Below are positions 28,675-37,821 of a stretch of DNA of 64,000 nucleotides, one piece after another (position 1 is the stretch's first letter; each line of letters opens with the position of its first letter). The position numbers were made by a program, and so were the translations under genes. The notes under the pieces were generated by a model. It ran no database searches and was not told where the DNA came from. It saw only the letters and a program-made list of their open reading frames with translations. This DNA is from an uncultured Bacillales bacterium (lineage in GTDB: Bacteria > Bacillota_I > Bacilli_A > RF39 > UBA660): assembly GCA_902477075.1 (NCBI GenBank), contig CABSFU010000005.1, positions 6,263 to 70,262 of the forward strand. Reading direction: 5' to 3'.

Positions 28675-28931
28675 AAAACGCGTTCAAGGTTGCGTTCAAG
28701 ATAAAATCCCTTATTCTAAAAGGAAAAATGAGTATATTATATATATATTGAACTATGAACTATAAAATATATATATTATATAGAGAAAAATTATTTTTCA
28801 TAAATAACTATATATAGTATTTATATTTTTCTAAAAAATGCGTTCAAGCGTTCAATTTGCCATTAAACCCTTATAAATAAAGGACTTTTTATAGTTGAAG
28901 TGTGTGACAATATATGTTCAATGCGTTCAAG
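28660..28931 (+). promoter_or_regulatory. Candidate phage replication origin: GCGTTCAAG iterons flanking an AT-rich block
   Basis: Perfect direct copies at 28680, 28692, 28840 and 28923. There is a variant at 28848 and an inverted copy CTTGAACGC at 28660. Runs of (AT)n and TGAACTATGAACTAT lie between. Confidence 0.55.
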
Positions 28932-28939
28932 GAGGGGAA

Positions 28940-29248
28940 ATGTTAGAAAGAGATATAGTAAAAAAGATAATAAATTATATAAATAAACCAAGTAAAGATA
29001 AAAAATGGAAAGGTTATGCCTGGAAAAATCATGGAGGACTTTATTCAGTTAAAGGACTACCAGATGTAATGGCGGTTGTAAGGATTAATGATAAATCTTT
29101 TTTTTTATGCTTTGAAGTAAAACAACCAGGCAATACTCCAACTGAAATACAAAAGGCTATCATAAGAAAATTTATAGAACTTGGAATAGATGCAAGTGTC
29201 GTTACAACGCTAGATGAGGTAAAGAAAGTAATACAGAAGTTAAAATAA
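28940..29248 (+). CDS. VRR-NUC domain nuclease
   Basis: GLPDVMAVV...FLCFEVKQPGNTPTEIQ fits the PD-(D/E)xK VRR-NUC pattern. Start at 28940 behind AAGGAGGGG. Confidence 0.75.
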   Translation: MLERDIVKKIINYINKPSKDKKWKGYAWKNHGGLYSVKGLPDVMAVVRINDKSFFLCFEVKQPGNTPTEIQKAIIRKFIELGIDASVVTTLDEVKKVIQKLK

Positions 29249-29262
29249 GGAGAGGATCAAAT

Positions 29263-29763
29263 ATGATTGATGAAATGTTAAATAATTATAAGAAAAATGT
29301 AGCAACAATAGAAATGCTTAAAATAAAAATCAATCAATGGCAAGATATTCTCACTAAAGATACACAAGAAATAGATATGATCTACTCCAAGCCAAAAACG
29401 GAAAACCTTGGTGTGCAAACAAGTCATAATTCCAATCCTATTGAATCAATGCTTATCAGAGTAGAAAACCAAAAAGAAAAAATTAATGCTTGGATAAGTT
29501 GTGCAACTGAAAAAATAATGAAACTAGAACAAAAGAATAAGTTTATTGATATTCTGATAGGTTCATTAGATGAAGAAACATCTTTCATAATTAAACAAAA
29601 ACATTTTGAAAAAAAGAAATGGAATATCATAACTCAACAATTTAACTCTAAATATAGAAGTGAATATAACGAATACATAACAACTTCTGGAGTTCGTAAG
29701 AAATATGAAATGGCAAAAAAGGAACTTTTAGAACTATTAGGAGAGATAAATGAAAATAATTGA
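29263..29763 (+). CDS. Hypothetical phage protein
   Basis: 166-aa helical ORF with RBS AAGGAGAGGA. A regulatory role is possible but unsupported. Confidence 0.5.
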   Translation: MIDEMLNNYKKNVATIEMLKIKINQWQDILTKDTQEIDMIYSKPKTENLGVQTSHNSNPIESMLIRVENQKEKINAWISCATEKIMKLEQKNKFIDILIGSLDEETSFIIKQKHFEKKKWNIITQQFNSKYRSEYNEYITTSGVRKKYEMAKKELLELLGEINENN

Positions 29764-29836
29764 TTTTGTTTAGAAAATTAACTGGACTTAGTGTACCTTA
29801 CGCGGTAATGTTTGTGTCGCTGGGGGAGGAAAAGAA

Positions 29837-30799
29837 ATGAAAGAAGAAATGCTAAAAAGCAAATTCGGTATAGAAATCGAATTCACTGGAATAACCAGAA
29901 AAGAAGCCACAGAAGTGGTTAGAAGAACAATAGAAGGTACGATTATACAAGCACCAGTTGATTGGTATGATAAGAGAATAGTGCAGCAACCAGATGGTAG
30001 AAAATGGACAATTATGAGTGATGGCAGTATCATGTGCATGAGAAAGAATGCAGCAGGAAACATTATAAGAGCATCAAGAGATTATAGTGTAGAACTTGTA
30101 AGTCCAATATTAACTTATAGAGAAGATATAGAACAACTACAACAAATCATAAGAAACTTAAGAGAAGCCGGAGGTTTTACTGGAAAATCAAGTCAATGTG
30201 GAATACATATACACTTTGATGGCGAACCACATACAGTTAAAAGCCTTAAGAATTTTATAAACATAATTGCAAGTAAAAATGACCTGCTATATAAAGCATT
30301 GCAAATTAAACCAGAAAGAATGCACTGGTGTCAAAAGATGGATGAAAAATTAGTAAATAAACTTAAAACTAGGCGACCAAAAACAGAAGAACAAATAAGA
30401 AAAATCTGGTATGAGGATTATGGTGGATTTAGTACAAATCATTATCATCAAAGTAGATATCACTTCTTAAACTTACATAGTTATTTTACAGGAAATCATA
30501 CAGTAGAACTTCGAGGATTTAATAGCGAACTACACGCAGGGAAAGTTAGAGCATACATAGTCTTATCATTAGCACTAAATTATCAAGCCTTAACACAAAG
30601 TGGAGCATCATCAAGAAAACCACAAACGGAAAATGAAAAATTCGCTATGAGAACATATCTTAATAGAATCGGACTTATAGGAGATGAATTCAAAGCTTGT
30701 AGAGAACACTTATACAAACATCTAGATGGAGTAGCTGCATGGAGATATGGTTATCCAGAAAAGAAACCAGCAAATAATATGAAGGAGGAGATAGCATGA
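29837..30799 (+). CDS. Putative amidoligase (Amidoligase_2, glutamine-synthetase-like fold)
   Basis: FGIEIEFTG, VELVSPIL, GIHIHF and VELRGFN resemble the conserved strands of the phage/plasmid amidoligase family. Confidence 0.7.
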   Translation: MKEEMLKSKFGIEIEFTGITRKEATEVVRRTIEGTIIQAPVDWYDKRIVQQPDGRKWTIMSDGSIMCMRKNAAGNIIRASRDYSVELVSPILTYREDIEQLQQIIRNLREAGGFTGKSSQCGIHIHFDGEPHTVKSLKNFINIIASKNDLLYKALQIKPERMHWCQKMDEKLVNKLKTRRPKTEEQIRKIWYEDYGGFSTNHYHQSRYHFLNLHSYFTGNHTVELRGFNSELHAGKVRAYIVLSLALNYQALTQSGASSRKPQTENEKFAMRTYLNRIGLIGDEFKACREHLYKHLDGVAAWRYGYPEKKPANNMKEEIA

Positions 30800-31233
30800 A
30801 AAGATATTACATTGCATATGGAAGTAACCTAAGCCAAGAACAAATGGCAAGGAGATGTCCAACAGCTAAAATAGTGGGAACAACCACATTAAAAGACTGG
30901 AGATTACTATTTAATGGACCAGCATCAATAGAAAGAAAAGAAGGGTATGAGGTACCAGTATTGATATGGGAAATAATGCCAACTGATGAAAAGTCACTAG
31001 ATAGATATGAAGGATATCCAAGTTATTATAGAAAAGAAATGCTTGATATAGAAATAAACAAAAGTAAAGAAAAAGCTATGGTTTATATTATGAATACGTA
31101 TAATGAATCAATTCCAAGTGATTTCTACTATGAAGTATTGGAAAATGGATATAAAGACTTTGGATTTGACCTAAAAATATTAGAAAAGGCATTAAAAGAA
31201 TCATATGAGAGGAGTAGGAAAAATGGAATTTAA
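30796..31233 (+). CDS. Gamma-glutamylcyclotransferase (AIG2/GGCT-like)
   Basis: N-terminal YIAYGSNLSQEQMARRCP and LDRYEGYPSYY motifs. ATGA overlap with the amidoligase stop. Confidence 0.75.
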   Translation: MKRYYIAYGSNLSQEQMARRCPTAKIVGTTTLKDWRLLFNGPASIERKEGYEVPVLIWEIMPTDEKSLDRYEGYPSYYRKEMLDIEINKSKEKAMVYIMNTYNESIPSDFYYEVLENGYKDFGFDLKILEKALKESYERSRKNGI

Positions 31234-31375
31234 GATATGCCCAAAGTGTAAAAGAAGTTATAGTGGGCGCTCAACAACATCAATGGCAGATAATTATACT
31301 CGAATATGTCTAAATTGTGCGAAAATTGAATTTATAGTATCACTAGCAAAAGAGATAAAAACAAAAAGTAGCTAA
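31223..31375 (+). CDS. Small zinc-ribbon protein (50 aa, below the ORF-track cutoff)
   Basis: Hand translation gives MEFKICPKCKRSYSGRSTTSMADNYTRICLNCAKIEFIVSLAKEIKTKSS*. RBS is GAGGAGTAGGAAAA. Two CxxC pairs are present. Confidence 0.45.
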   Translation: MEFKICPKCKRSYSGRSTTSMADNYTRICLNCAKIEFIVSLAKEIKTKSS

Positions 31376-31405
31376 AAAGTAGCAGAAAAGTAGCAGAAAA
31401 TGGGC
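31364..31405 (+). promoter_or_regulatory. 3.5 tandem 11-bp repeats (AAAAGTAGCAG) upstream of a weak-minus-35 promoter
   Basis: GTAG cores at 31368, 31379 and 31390 (11-bp phase). TATAAT at 31429-31434 has no good -35. Confidence 0.5.
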
Positions 31406-31428
31406 GATTTACTCGCAACTAGATATTG

Positions 31429-31528
31429 TATAATGGTATTGTGGTAGTTCACACGAATTACCACTCATTTCTGGTCCTCCTCGACCTAAGATTCGTGATA
31501 AATGAAAGGGATGCAATATTCCCTTTTT
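31429..31528 (+). promoter_or_regulatory. Promoter, about 90-nt leader and intrinsic terminator upstream of the packaging operon
   Basis: TATAAT at 31429; hairpin gtggta...taccac; single-stranded GGTCCTCCTCGACC; terminator aaaggga-tgcaatat-tcccttt plus a T-run (31505-31528). Confidence 0.4.
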
Positions 31529-31640
31529 ATTTATCAAAAAATAGGCGATATAGGACTATTAAGAAATAACAAAAAGTAATAACGCGATATAAAGGCGTTT
31601 TCAAGCCTTTTGTGAAGCGTTTACATACGAGGTGGTATAA

Positions 31641-32006
31641 ATGCCCATAAAAGCACTACATTTATGCAATAAGGCAGGTTGTACGAGCCTTACGAGAGAA
31701 AGATATTGCAGTAAGCATACCAAGGAAAGCAATAGATATAATAGGGAACGAACTGATAGTAAGTATACGGAGTTTTATAAGACAACCGAGTGGAAGGTAG
31801 CAAGGGGTATAGCACTAGCTAGAGATAACTATCAATGTGTGTTATGCAAAAGAAAAGGAATAAAAAAGAAAGCTGATATGGTACATCATATAATTCCAGT
31901 AAAGAAGGACTGGGGTAAAAGGTTAGATATAAATAATCTTATGTCATTGTGTGATGGATGCCATAACGGAATAGATCACAATAGCCCCCCACCCCTAAAA
32001 AGCTAG
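31641..32006 (+). CDS. HNH endonuclease (packaging-associated)
   Basis: HHIIPVKKDW...NLMSLCDGCHN is an HNH motif. The position upstream of terminase is typical of HK97-like cos phages. Confidence 0.85.
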   Translation: MPIKALHLCNKAGCTSLTRERYCSKHTKESNRYNRERTDSKYTEFYKTTEWKVARGIALARDNYQCVLCKRKGIKKKADMVHHIIPVKKDWGKRLDINNLMSLCDGCHNGIDHNSPPPLKS

Positions 32007-32201
32007 AGCGACATCTATTGTCGAACGGCGCCCAACTCTGTGTATGAAATCGCGTATTTCATAAGGGGGTATCAAAAAAATGTCTGGACTTTTGCGGGTA
32101 AAAGGGATAAAGTTGTCTTACACCAAATGATGGGGTTCCTTAAAGGCGATGGTGTGGAACATACTGAATATCGAGGCAGAGGTCAGTAAAAATATATTTT
32201 G

Positions 32202-32228
32202 ATGAGGCTTAAATGGTCTCATTTTTTA
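32202..32228 (+). terminator. Intrinsic terminator at the end of the HNH-proximal structured region
   Basis: atgaggc-ttaaatg-gtctcat followed by TTTTTT. Confidence 0.5.
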
Positions 32229-32242
32229 GTTAGGAGAAAAAT

Positions 32243-33580
32243 ATGAACATAGAAAAAAGAAAAATTGAAGAATTAAAACCAGCAGAATATAATCCTAGAA
32301 AAGAATTGAAACCAGGAGATGCTGAATACGAGAAGATAAAAAATAGTCTTTTGCATTTTGGATATGTTGATCCGATTATTATCAACAAAGATGGGACAAT
32401 AATTGGAGGGCATCAACGCGCTACCGTAATGAAAGATATTGGAAAAGTTGAAGTTGAGTGTGTTGTCGTAGATTTATCCAAAGAAGATGAAAAAGCACTC
32501 AATGTTGCACTTAATAAAATAAGTGGCGAATGGGATATGGAAAAGTTGGGTGTTTTACTTGATGAATTAAATACAGTTGGTGTAATGGAACTAACAGGAT
32601 TTGATGTAGATGAATATACAAAAATGTTTGTCAAAGATGAAGTAAAAGAAGATAACTTTGACCTTGATAATAATATCCCTAAAGTTCCTTTTTCGAAACC
32701 TGGAGATATATGGAAACTTGGTAATCATAAATTGATATGTGGTGACTCAACAATAAAAGAAACGTATATCCGATTATTAGGTAATGAACAAGTAGATGCT
32801 ACAATTACTGATCCACCATACAACGTTGACTATGAATCTGATGATGGAAAGAAAATAAAAAACGACCATTTTACTGATAGTGATAGTTTCTATCGCTTTT
32901 TATTTGCCTTTTATTTAAGAACATTTGAAGCAAGTAAGATGGGATCGCCAATTTATGTATTTCATAGTGATGTTGAAGGCGTTAATTTTAGAAAAGCAAT
33001 GAAAGATGCAGGCTTTGATTTAAAACAATGCTTGATATGGGTTAAAAACGGAATGGTAATGTGTCGCCAAGATTATCACTGGAGGCATGAACCAATTCTT
33101 TATGCATGGAAACCAGGCGCAAGTCACAAATGGTATGGAGATAGAGATAAGGATACAGTTATAGATGATTTTATGCAAATGAATCCGAAGAAAATGTCCA
33201 AAGGAGAACTAGTAGAATACTTTCAGAAACTTATTGATAGTCAAAATGAATATAGTTCAGTAATTTATAATGACAAGCCAACAAGAAGTGAAGAACATCC
33301 AACAATGAAACCAATTACTCTCATTGCCAAATTAATGTGTAACTCAAGCAAGAAAGATGATATCGTTCTTGATCCATTTGGAGGATCTGGTTCAACATTA
33401 ATTGCTGCTGAACAATTAGGTAGAAAGTGTTACACAATAGAGTTGGATGAAAAATATGTTGATGTAATTGTAAAAAGATATCTTCAATTTGTAGGGAATT
33501 CAGAAAGCATAATTTTAATACGTGATGGTAAGGAATATACCTACGAAGAAGCTATAGGAGGAGAAAATATGAGTGAATAG
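32243..33580 (+). CDS. ParB-like nuclease domain fused to an N6/N4 DNA methyltransferase
   Basis: N-terminal LKPAEYNPRK...GGHQR (ParB/Srx fold), then TDPPYNV (motif IV) and DPFGGSGST (motif I). Confidence 0.85.
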   Translation: MNIEKRKIEELKPAEYNPRKELKPGDAEYEKIKNSLLHFGYVDPIIINKDGTIIGGHQRATVMKDIGKVEVECVVVDLSKEDEKALNVALNKISGEWDMEKLGVLLDELNTVGVMELTGFDVDEYTKMFVKDEVKEDNFDLDNNIPKVPFSKPGDIWKLGNHKLICGDSTIKETYIRLLGNEQVDATITDPPYNVDYESDDGKKIKNDHFTDSDSFYRFLFAFYLRTFEASKMGSPIYVFHSDVEGVNFRKAMKDAGFDLKQCLIWVKNGMVMCRQDYHWRHEPILYAWKPGASHKWYGDRDKDTVIDDFMQMNPKKMSKGELVEYFQKLIDSQNEYSSVIYNDKPTRSEEHPTMKPITLIAKLMCNSSKKDDIVLDPFGGSGSTLIAAEQLGRKCYTIELDEKYVDVIVKRYLQFVGNSESIILIRDGKEYTYEEAIGGENMSE

Positions 33581-33596
33581 TTAGGAGGAATATGTT

Positions 33597-34094
33597 ATGT
33601 CAGTAAGAGGACCAAAACCAAAGCCAACAGTAGTTCATGTTATGAATGATAATCCAGGAAAAAGAGATATAACCGAACATGTAGAGTTAGAAAATAGTGT
33701 TCCAACAATAGAAGATGAATCGTTGCTTGAAGCACCAGAATGGATTAAAAATAACCCAATAGCCAAGGCTGAATGGGATAGGGTTGCTCCAATTCTTGCT
33801 GACCTTGGACTTTTAAAAGTTAATGATACATCGGCATTGGAAGCATATTGCAAGTGCTGGAGCCGATATAAAGAGGCCGAGCAACAAATTGATAGAGCTC
33901 AAAGTACCATTATCAAAACACCATCTGGTTATGTGCAACAAATACCTCAAGTATCTATAGCACATAGATATTTGAAATTAGCAAAAGAATTCATGACAGA
34001 ATTTGGACTAACACCGAGTAGTCGAGGAAGAATGCAACTACCAGGAGATGACTTTGATGATGAGATGGAGGAACTACTAAAGGAGAACGAGTAA
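33597..34094 (+). CDS. Terminase small subunit, P27 family
   Basis: N-terminal RGPKPKP, plus W..VAPIL..LGLL...D...LEAYC and a C-terminal GLTPSSRGRM pattern. Confidence 0.8.
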   Translation: MSVRGPKPKPTVVHVMNDNPGKRDITEHVELENSVPTIEDESLLEAPEWIKNNPIAKAEWDRVAPILADLGLLKVNDTSALEAYCKCWSRYKEAEQQIDRAQSTIIKTPSGYVQQIPQVSIAHRYLKLAKEFMTEFGLTPSSRGRMQLPGDDFDDEMEELLKENE

Positions 34095-34095
34095 T

Positions 34096-35637
34096 ATGTT
34101 TAGTGAAAAGAAAGCGAATACTGCGGTTCGATTCATTAAACTTTTAAAACATACACAGGGAGAATTTGCAAGAAAGCCATTTAATTTAATGGAGTTCCAA
34201 GAAAAAATAGTAAAAGATTTAATAGGAACATTAAATGAAGATGGAACTAGACAATATCGTGAGGCCTTTATATTCTTACCAAGAAAAAATGGTAAGACAG
34301 AGTTAATAGCAGCAATGCTTGTATATTTTCTTTTTATGGATGATGAGTATGGTGCTGAAATTTATTCATGTGCTAATGATAGAGAACAAGCATCAAAAGT
34401 TTTTAATGCGGCAGCTGCGATGATAAGAATGAATAAAGCATTATTCAAAAAATGCAAGATATTGGAATCGCAAAAGAAGATTGTGAGATTAGAAACAAAT
34501 TCATTTTATAAAGCAATATCCGCTGATACAAATACAAAAGATGGATTTAATGCTCATATTGTTATATATGATGAAATACACGCATCAAAAAATCGTAAAT
34601 TATATGATTTAATGAAAACCAGTCAAGGTGCTCGTAGACAACCACTTTTTATTAGTATTACAACAGCAGGTGTAGAAACTGGAACAATATGTTACGAATT
34701 GTATGAGTATTCTAAAAAAATACTAGATCACGTTGTGGAAGATAAAACATTTTATCCAGTAATATATGAAGCTCCAGAAGAAGCTGACATATATGATGAG
34801 AAAACTTGGTATATTGCCAATCCTGCTCTTGGAGTATTCAGGAAAATTGAAGAAATGAGAACATTAGCAGTTAGGGCAAAGGAAATACCAACTGCTGAGG
34901 CAACATTTAGAAGATTATATCTAAATCAATGGGTAAATGGCGAGGTTGCTTGGATGGATATGAAAAAATGGAAAGCCAGTGACAGAGAATTTGACTTTGA
35001 ATCAATAAGAGGTCATCCTTGCACAATTGGTATAGATTTATCATCCAAAATAGACTTAACAAGCGTAAATGCCGAGTTTAGGCTTGATAGTGGAGAATAC
35101 ATAATGCTTTCGCACAGTTTTATGCCTAAAAACAGAGTTTTAGAGCGAGAAAAACAAGATAGAGTGCCATATAGTTTGTGGATAAAACAAGGCTATATAA
35201 CAGCTACAGAAGGAGATGTTGTTGATTATGATTACATAAAGAAATATATAAAAGATTTACATCTCATATATCCAGTAATGCAAATCGGATACGATCCATA
35301 TAATGCAACACAATTTGCTACTGATATGGAAAAAGATGGCTTTATTATGGTAGAAGTTCGACAAGGAATGCTTACTTTGTCAGAACCTACAAAAGATGTA
35401 GAAGCATTAGTATTACAAAGAAGAATAATTACTAATAAAAATCCAGTTCTCACTTGGGCAATATCAAATGCCATAGCCAAAACGGATGCTAATGAAAATA
35501 AAATGTTAGATAAGAGTAAAACAAGATTTAGAATTGACCCAGCAGCGGCTATGATTATAAGCCACACATTGGCACGAATTGACAATGGCGAGATAGATAT
35601 AAATCAACATATAATGAGCGAAGGATTTGGATTTTAG
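34096..35637 (+). CDS. Terminase large subunit
   Basis: 513 aa. Walker A-like LPRKNGKTE, then IVIYDEIHA (Walker B) and a C-terminal nuclease region. It lies between terS and the portal gene. Confidence 0.9.
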   Translation: MFSEKKANTAVRFIKLLKHTQGEFARKPFNLMEFQEKIVKDLIGTLNEDGTRQYREAFIFLPRKNGKTELIAAMLVYFLFMDDEYGAEIYSCANDREQASKVFNAAAAMIRMNKALFKKCKILESQKKIVRLETNSFYKAISADTNTKDGFNAHIVIYDEIHASKNRKLYDLMKTSQGARRQPLFISITTAGVETGTICYELYEYSKKILDHVVEDKTFYPVIYEAPEEADIYDEKTWYIANPALGVFRKIEEMRTLAVRAKEIPTAEATFRRLYLNQWVNGEVAWMDMKKWKASDREFDFESIRGHPCTIGIDLSSKIDLTSVNAEFRLDSGEYIMLSHSFMPKNRVLEREKQDRVPYSLWIKQGYITATEGDVVDYDYIKKYIKDLHLIYPVMQIGYDPYNATQFATDMEKDGFIMVEVRQGMLTLSEPTKDVEALVLQRRIITNKNPVLTWAISNAIAKTDANENKMLDKSKTRFRIDPAAAMIISHTLARIDNGEIDINQHIMSEGFGF

Positions 35638-35653
35638 AAAGGAGTTGTAGGAA

Positions 35654-35851
35654 ATGTCTAACAGAAATATAACACAGAGGACCAAGAACAGGTTCCTTTT
35701 TTTGTGTAGCTATATTGAAGATATATTAGTTCTCTTTGGACTATTATCTATCATTATTGCTGCATATTTGATGGACTTAAAACTTGGATTATTAGTACAG
35801 GGTTTAGTGTTAATATGGATCGGATTTGTTCTTTCTAAAATATTGAAATGA
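35654..35851 (+). CDS. Small membrane protein
   Basis: 65-aa ORF with two hydrophobic helices, between terL and the portal gene. Confidence 0.45.
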   Translation: MSNRNITQRTKNRFLFLCSYIEDILVLFGLLSIIIAAYLMDLKLGLLVQGLVLIWIGFVLSKILK

Positions 35852-35861
35852 GGTGGCATAA

Positions 35862-37223
35862 ATGTTATTCAGAAAACTAGAACAACGAAGTGAAAAAGTT
35901 GATACCAGCGATTTGAAAAAACCAAATAAGTGGCTAATTAATTTAATTGGTGGTAATGAAACTTATTCAGGAGAAAACGTAGATACCTCAACGGCAATAA
36001 ATATCGCAGCAGTTTATGCTTGTATAAGAATCTTATCAAATCATGTTGCTATGTTGCCACTTCAACTATATCAAGAAACAAGAAATAAAAAGAAAAGAAT
36101 ACACGATCATCCGATTGCTAAACTTATTGAAACAAGACCTAATCCATACATGACACCATTTCAGTTTAAACAAACGATGGAAGCCCATAGACAATTATAT
36201 GGGAATGCCTTTGCTGAAATAGAATGGAGTAAAACCGGATATCCAAAAGCATTATGGATACTAAATCCTTTAGTAACAAAAGTTGTCATGGAAAAAGACA
36301 ATGAAGGAAATTTAAAAAGATATTTAGTTCAGACAACATTAGTAAATGGCAAAATAGTGTACTTACCTTACAGTTCTGTACTCCATATTAAAGGCTTATC
36401 TACTGATGGAATAATCGGTAAAAGTCCTATAGAAGTAGCAAGAGAAACGATAGGTATTCAAATTGCAGGTCAAAAGTTTACTGGCAAATTTTATGCAAAT
36501 GGAACAATGAGTAGTGGCGTGTTAAAAGTTCCGCAATCACTTAAACCAGAAGCCAAAGCTATCATTAGAAAAGAGTGGGAAAAATTTAATAATGGGTTAG
36601 ATAATAGTCATAGAGTTGCAATACTAGATGCAGGACTTGACTATCAGTCATTAGGAATAAAACAATGTGACGCACAATACATTGAAACTCAAAAGTTTTC
36701 TATTGCAGAAATTGCAAGAATATTTAATGTACCACCACATATGTTAGCAGACCTAGAAAGAGCAACGTTTTCTAACATAGAGCAACAATCTCTAGAATTT
36801 GTAAGGGATACTTTGTCTCCATTATTAATTAGTTGGGAGCAAGAACTTCAATATCAATTATTCACAGAGGAAGAAATAGAAAAACAAAAATATTATTTTA
36901 AGTTCAATCTTAACTCCTTGTTACGTGGCGATAGTACGAATCGTGCAGCATATTATGAAAAAATGATAAATCTTGGAATTTATTCTATCAATGAAGTTAG
37001 AGAGTTGGAAGATAAAGACAAGATAAAAAATGGCGATAAACATTATATGTCGTTAAACTATATTGATATTGATTTAATGAATGAATATCAAAAACAAAAA
37101 GTAAAAATAAAAGAAAATCCAGTGGAGGACAAACCTCCAGATGAAGATGCTGATCCGAAAGAGAATATAGATGAAAATAACGAAGGAGGTGGTAAAGATG
37201 AACAAACGGATCAAGGAAATTAG
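35862..37223 (+). CDS. Portal protein, HK97 family
   Basis: 453 aa. Position and sequence pattern fit (AVYACIRILSNHVAMLPL, GNAFAEIE). The acidic C-terminal tail is typical. Confidence 0.9.
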   Translation: MLFRKLEQRSEKVDTSDLKKPNKWLINLIGGNETYSGENVDTSTAINIAAVYACIRILSNHVAMLPLQLYQETRNKKKRIHDHPIAKLIETRPNPYMTPFQFKQTMEAHRQLYGNAFAEIEWSKTGYPKALWILNPLVTKVVMEKDNEGNLKRYLVQTTLVNGKIVYLPYSSVLHIKGLSTDGIIGKSPIEVARETIGIQIAGQKFTGKFYANGTMSSGVLKVPQSLKPEAKAIIRKEWEKFNNGLDNSHRVAILDAGLDYQSLGIKQCDAQYIETQKFSIAEIARIFNVPPHMLADLERATFSNIEQQSLEFVRDTLSPLLISWEQELQYQLFTEEEIEKQKYYFKFNLNSLLRGDSTNRAAYYEKMINLGIYSINEVRELEDKDKIKNGDKHYMSLNYIDIDLMNEYQKQKVKIKENPVEDKPPDEDADPKENIDENNEGGGKDEQTDQGN

Positions 37224-37806
37224 ATATATTCCAGCAATGTCGTTAGAAGTACGTGACAGTAGTGATGATGTCATGGCAATTAAAGGATATGTAGTAAAAT
37301 TTAATGACAGGAGCCAACTTTTATACGATGAATGGTATGAAAGAGTGGCTAAAGGTGCATTTGCTAAAAGCCTTGAACAAAACACAATAAAGGCACTATG
37401 GAATCATAATTCTGATATTGTTCTTGGCAGTACAAAATCAAGAACTTTACAACTTGTTGAAGATGACATTGGGTTAAGATTTGAACTCGAACTTCCAAAT
37501 AGTAGTCAAGCCAAAGATATTTATGAATCAATAAAAAGAGGCGATGTCGATGGTGTCTCATTTGGATTTTATGTCAGAGAAAATGGCGATAAATGGGAGT
37601 ATCTAAAAGAAGAAGATATTTATGAAAGAACTTTATTAGATATTGACTTAATAGAAATCTCACCGACACCATTTCCAGCATATCCAACAAGTGAAGTGGG
37701 TAAAAGGTCACTAGAGGCTCATAATCTTAAATCAAAAGAAGAAAGAGTTCTCGAAGAACTAAAAAAAGCGCAAGTTAACGCGATGATAGAATTATTAAAA
37801 ATATAG
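37198..37806 (+). CDS. Prohead maturation protease, HK97 family
   Basis: IKGYVVKFN, WNHNSD, GDVDGVSFGF and EISPTPFPAYPTS motifs. Start at 37198 behind AAGGAGGTGG. Confidence 0.88.
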   Translation: MNKRIKEIRYIPAMSLEVRDSSDDVMAIKGYVVKFNDRSQLLYDEWYERVAKGAFAKSLEQNTIKALWNHNSDIVLGSTKSRTLQLVEDDIGLRFELELPNSSQAKDIYESIKRGDVDGVSFGFYVRENGDKWEYLKEEDIYERTLLDIDLIEISPTPFPAYPTSEVGKRSLEAHNLKSKEERVLEELKKAQVNAMIELLKI

Positions 37807-37821
37807 AATAGGAGAAAAAAT

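Noticed and set aside
28660-28931. GCGTTCAAG repeats as a possible CRISPR array
   Set aside because: The repeat unit is only 9 nt, the spacing is irregular (12 to about 140 nt), one copy is inverted, and there are no cas genes. This fits iterons, not CRISPR.
32120-32175. Fluoride (crcB) riboswitch-like GGCGATGGTGT segment
   Set aside because: Only the first helix/loop motif resembles the consensus. The downstream conserved AACCGCC and CUGAUGAUGCCU-type elements are absent, and the genomic context (phage packaging) does not fit.
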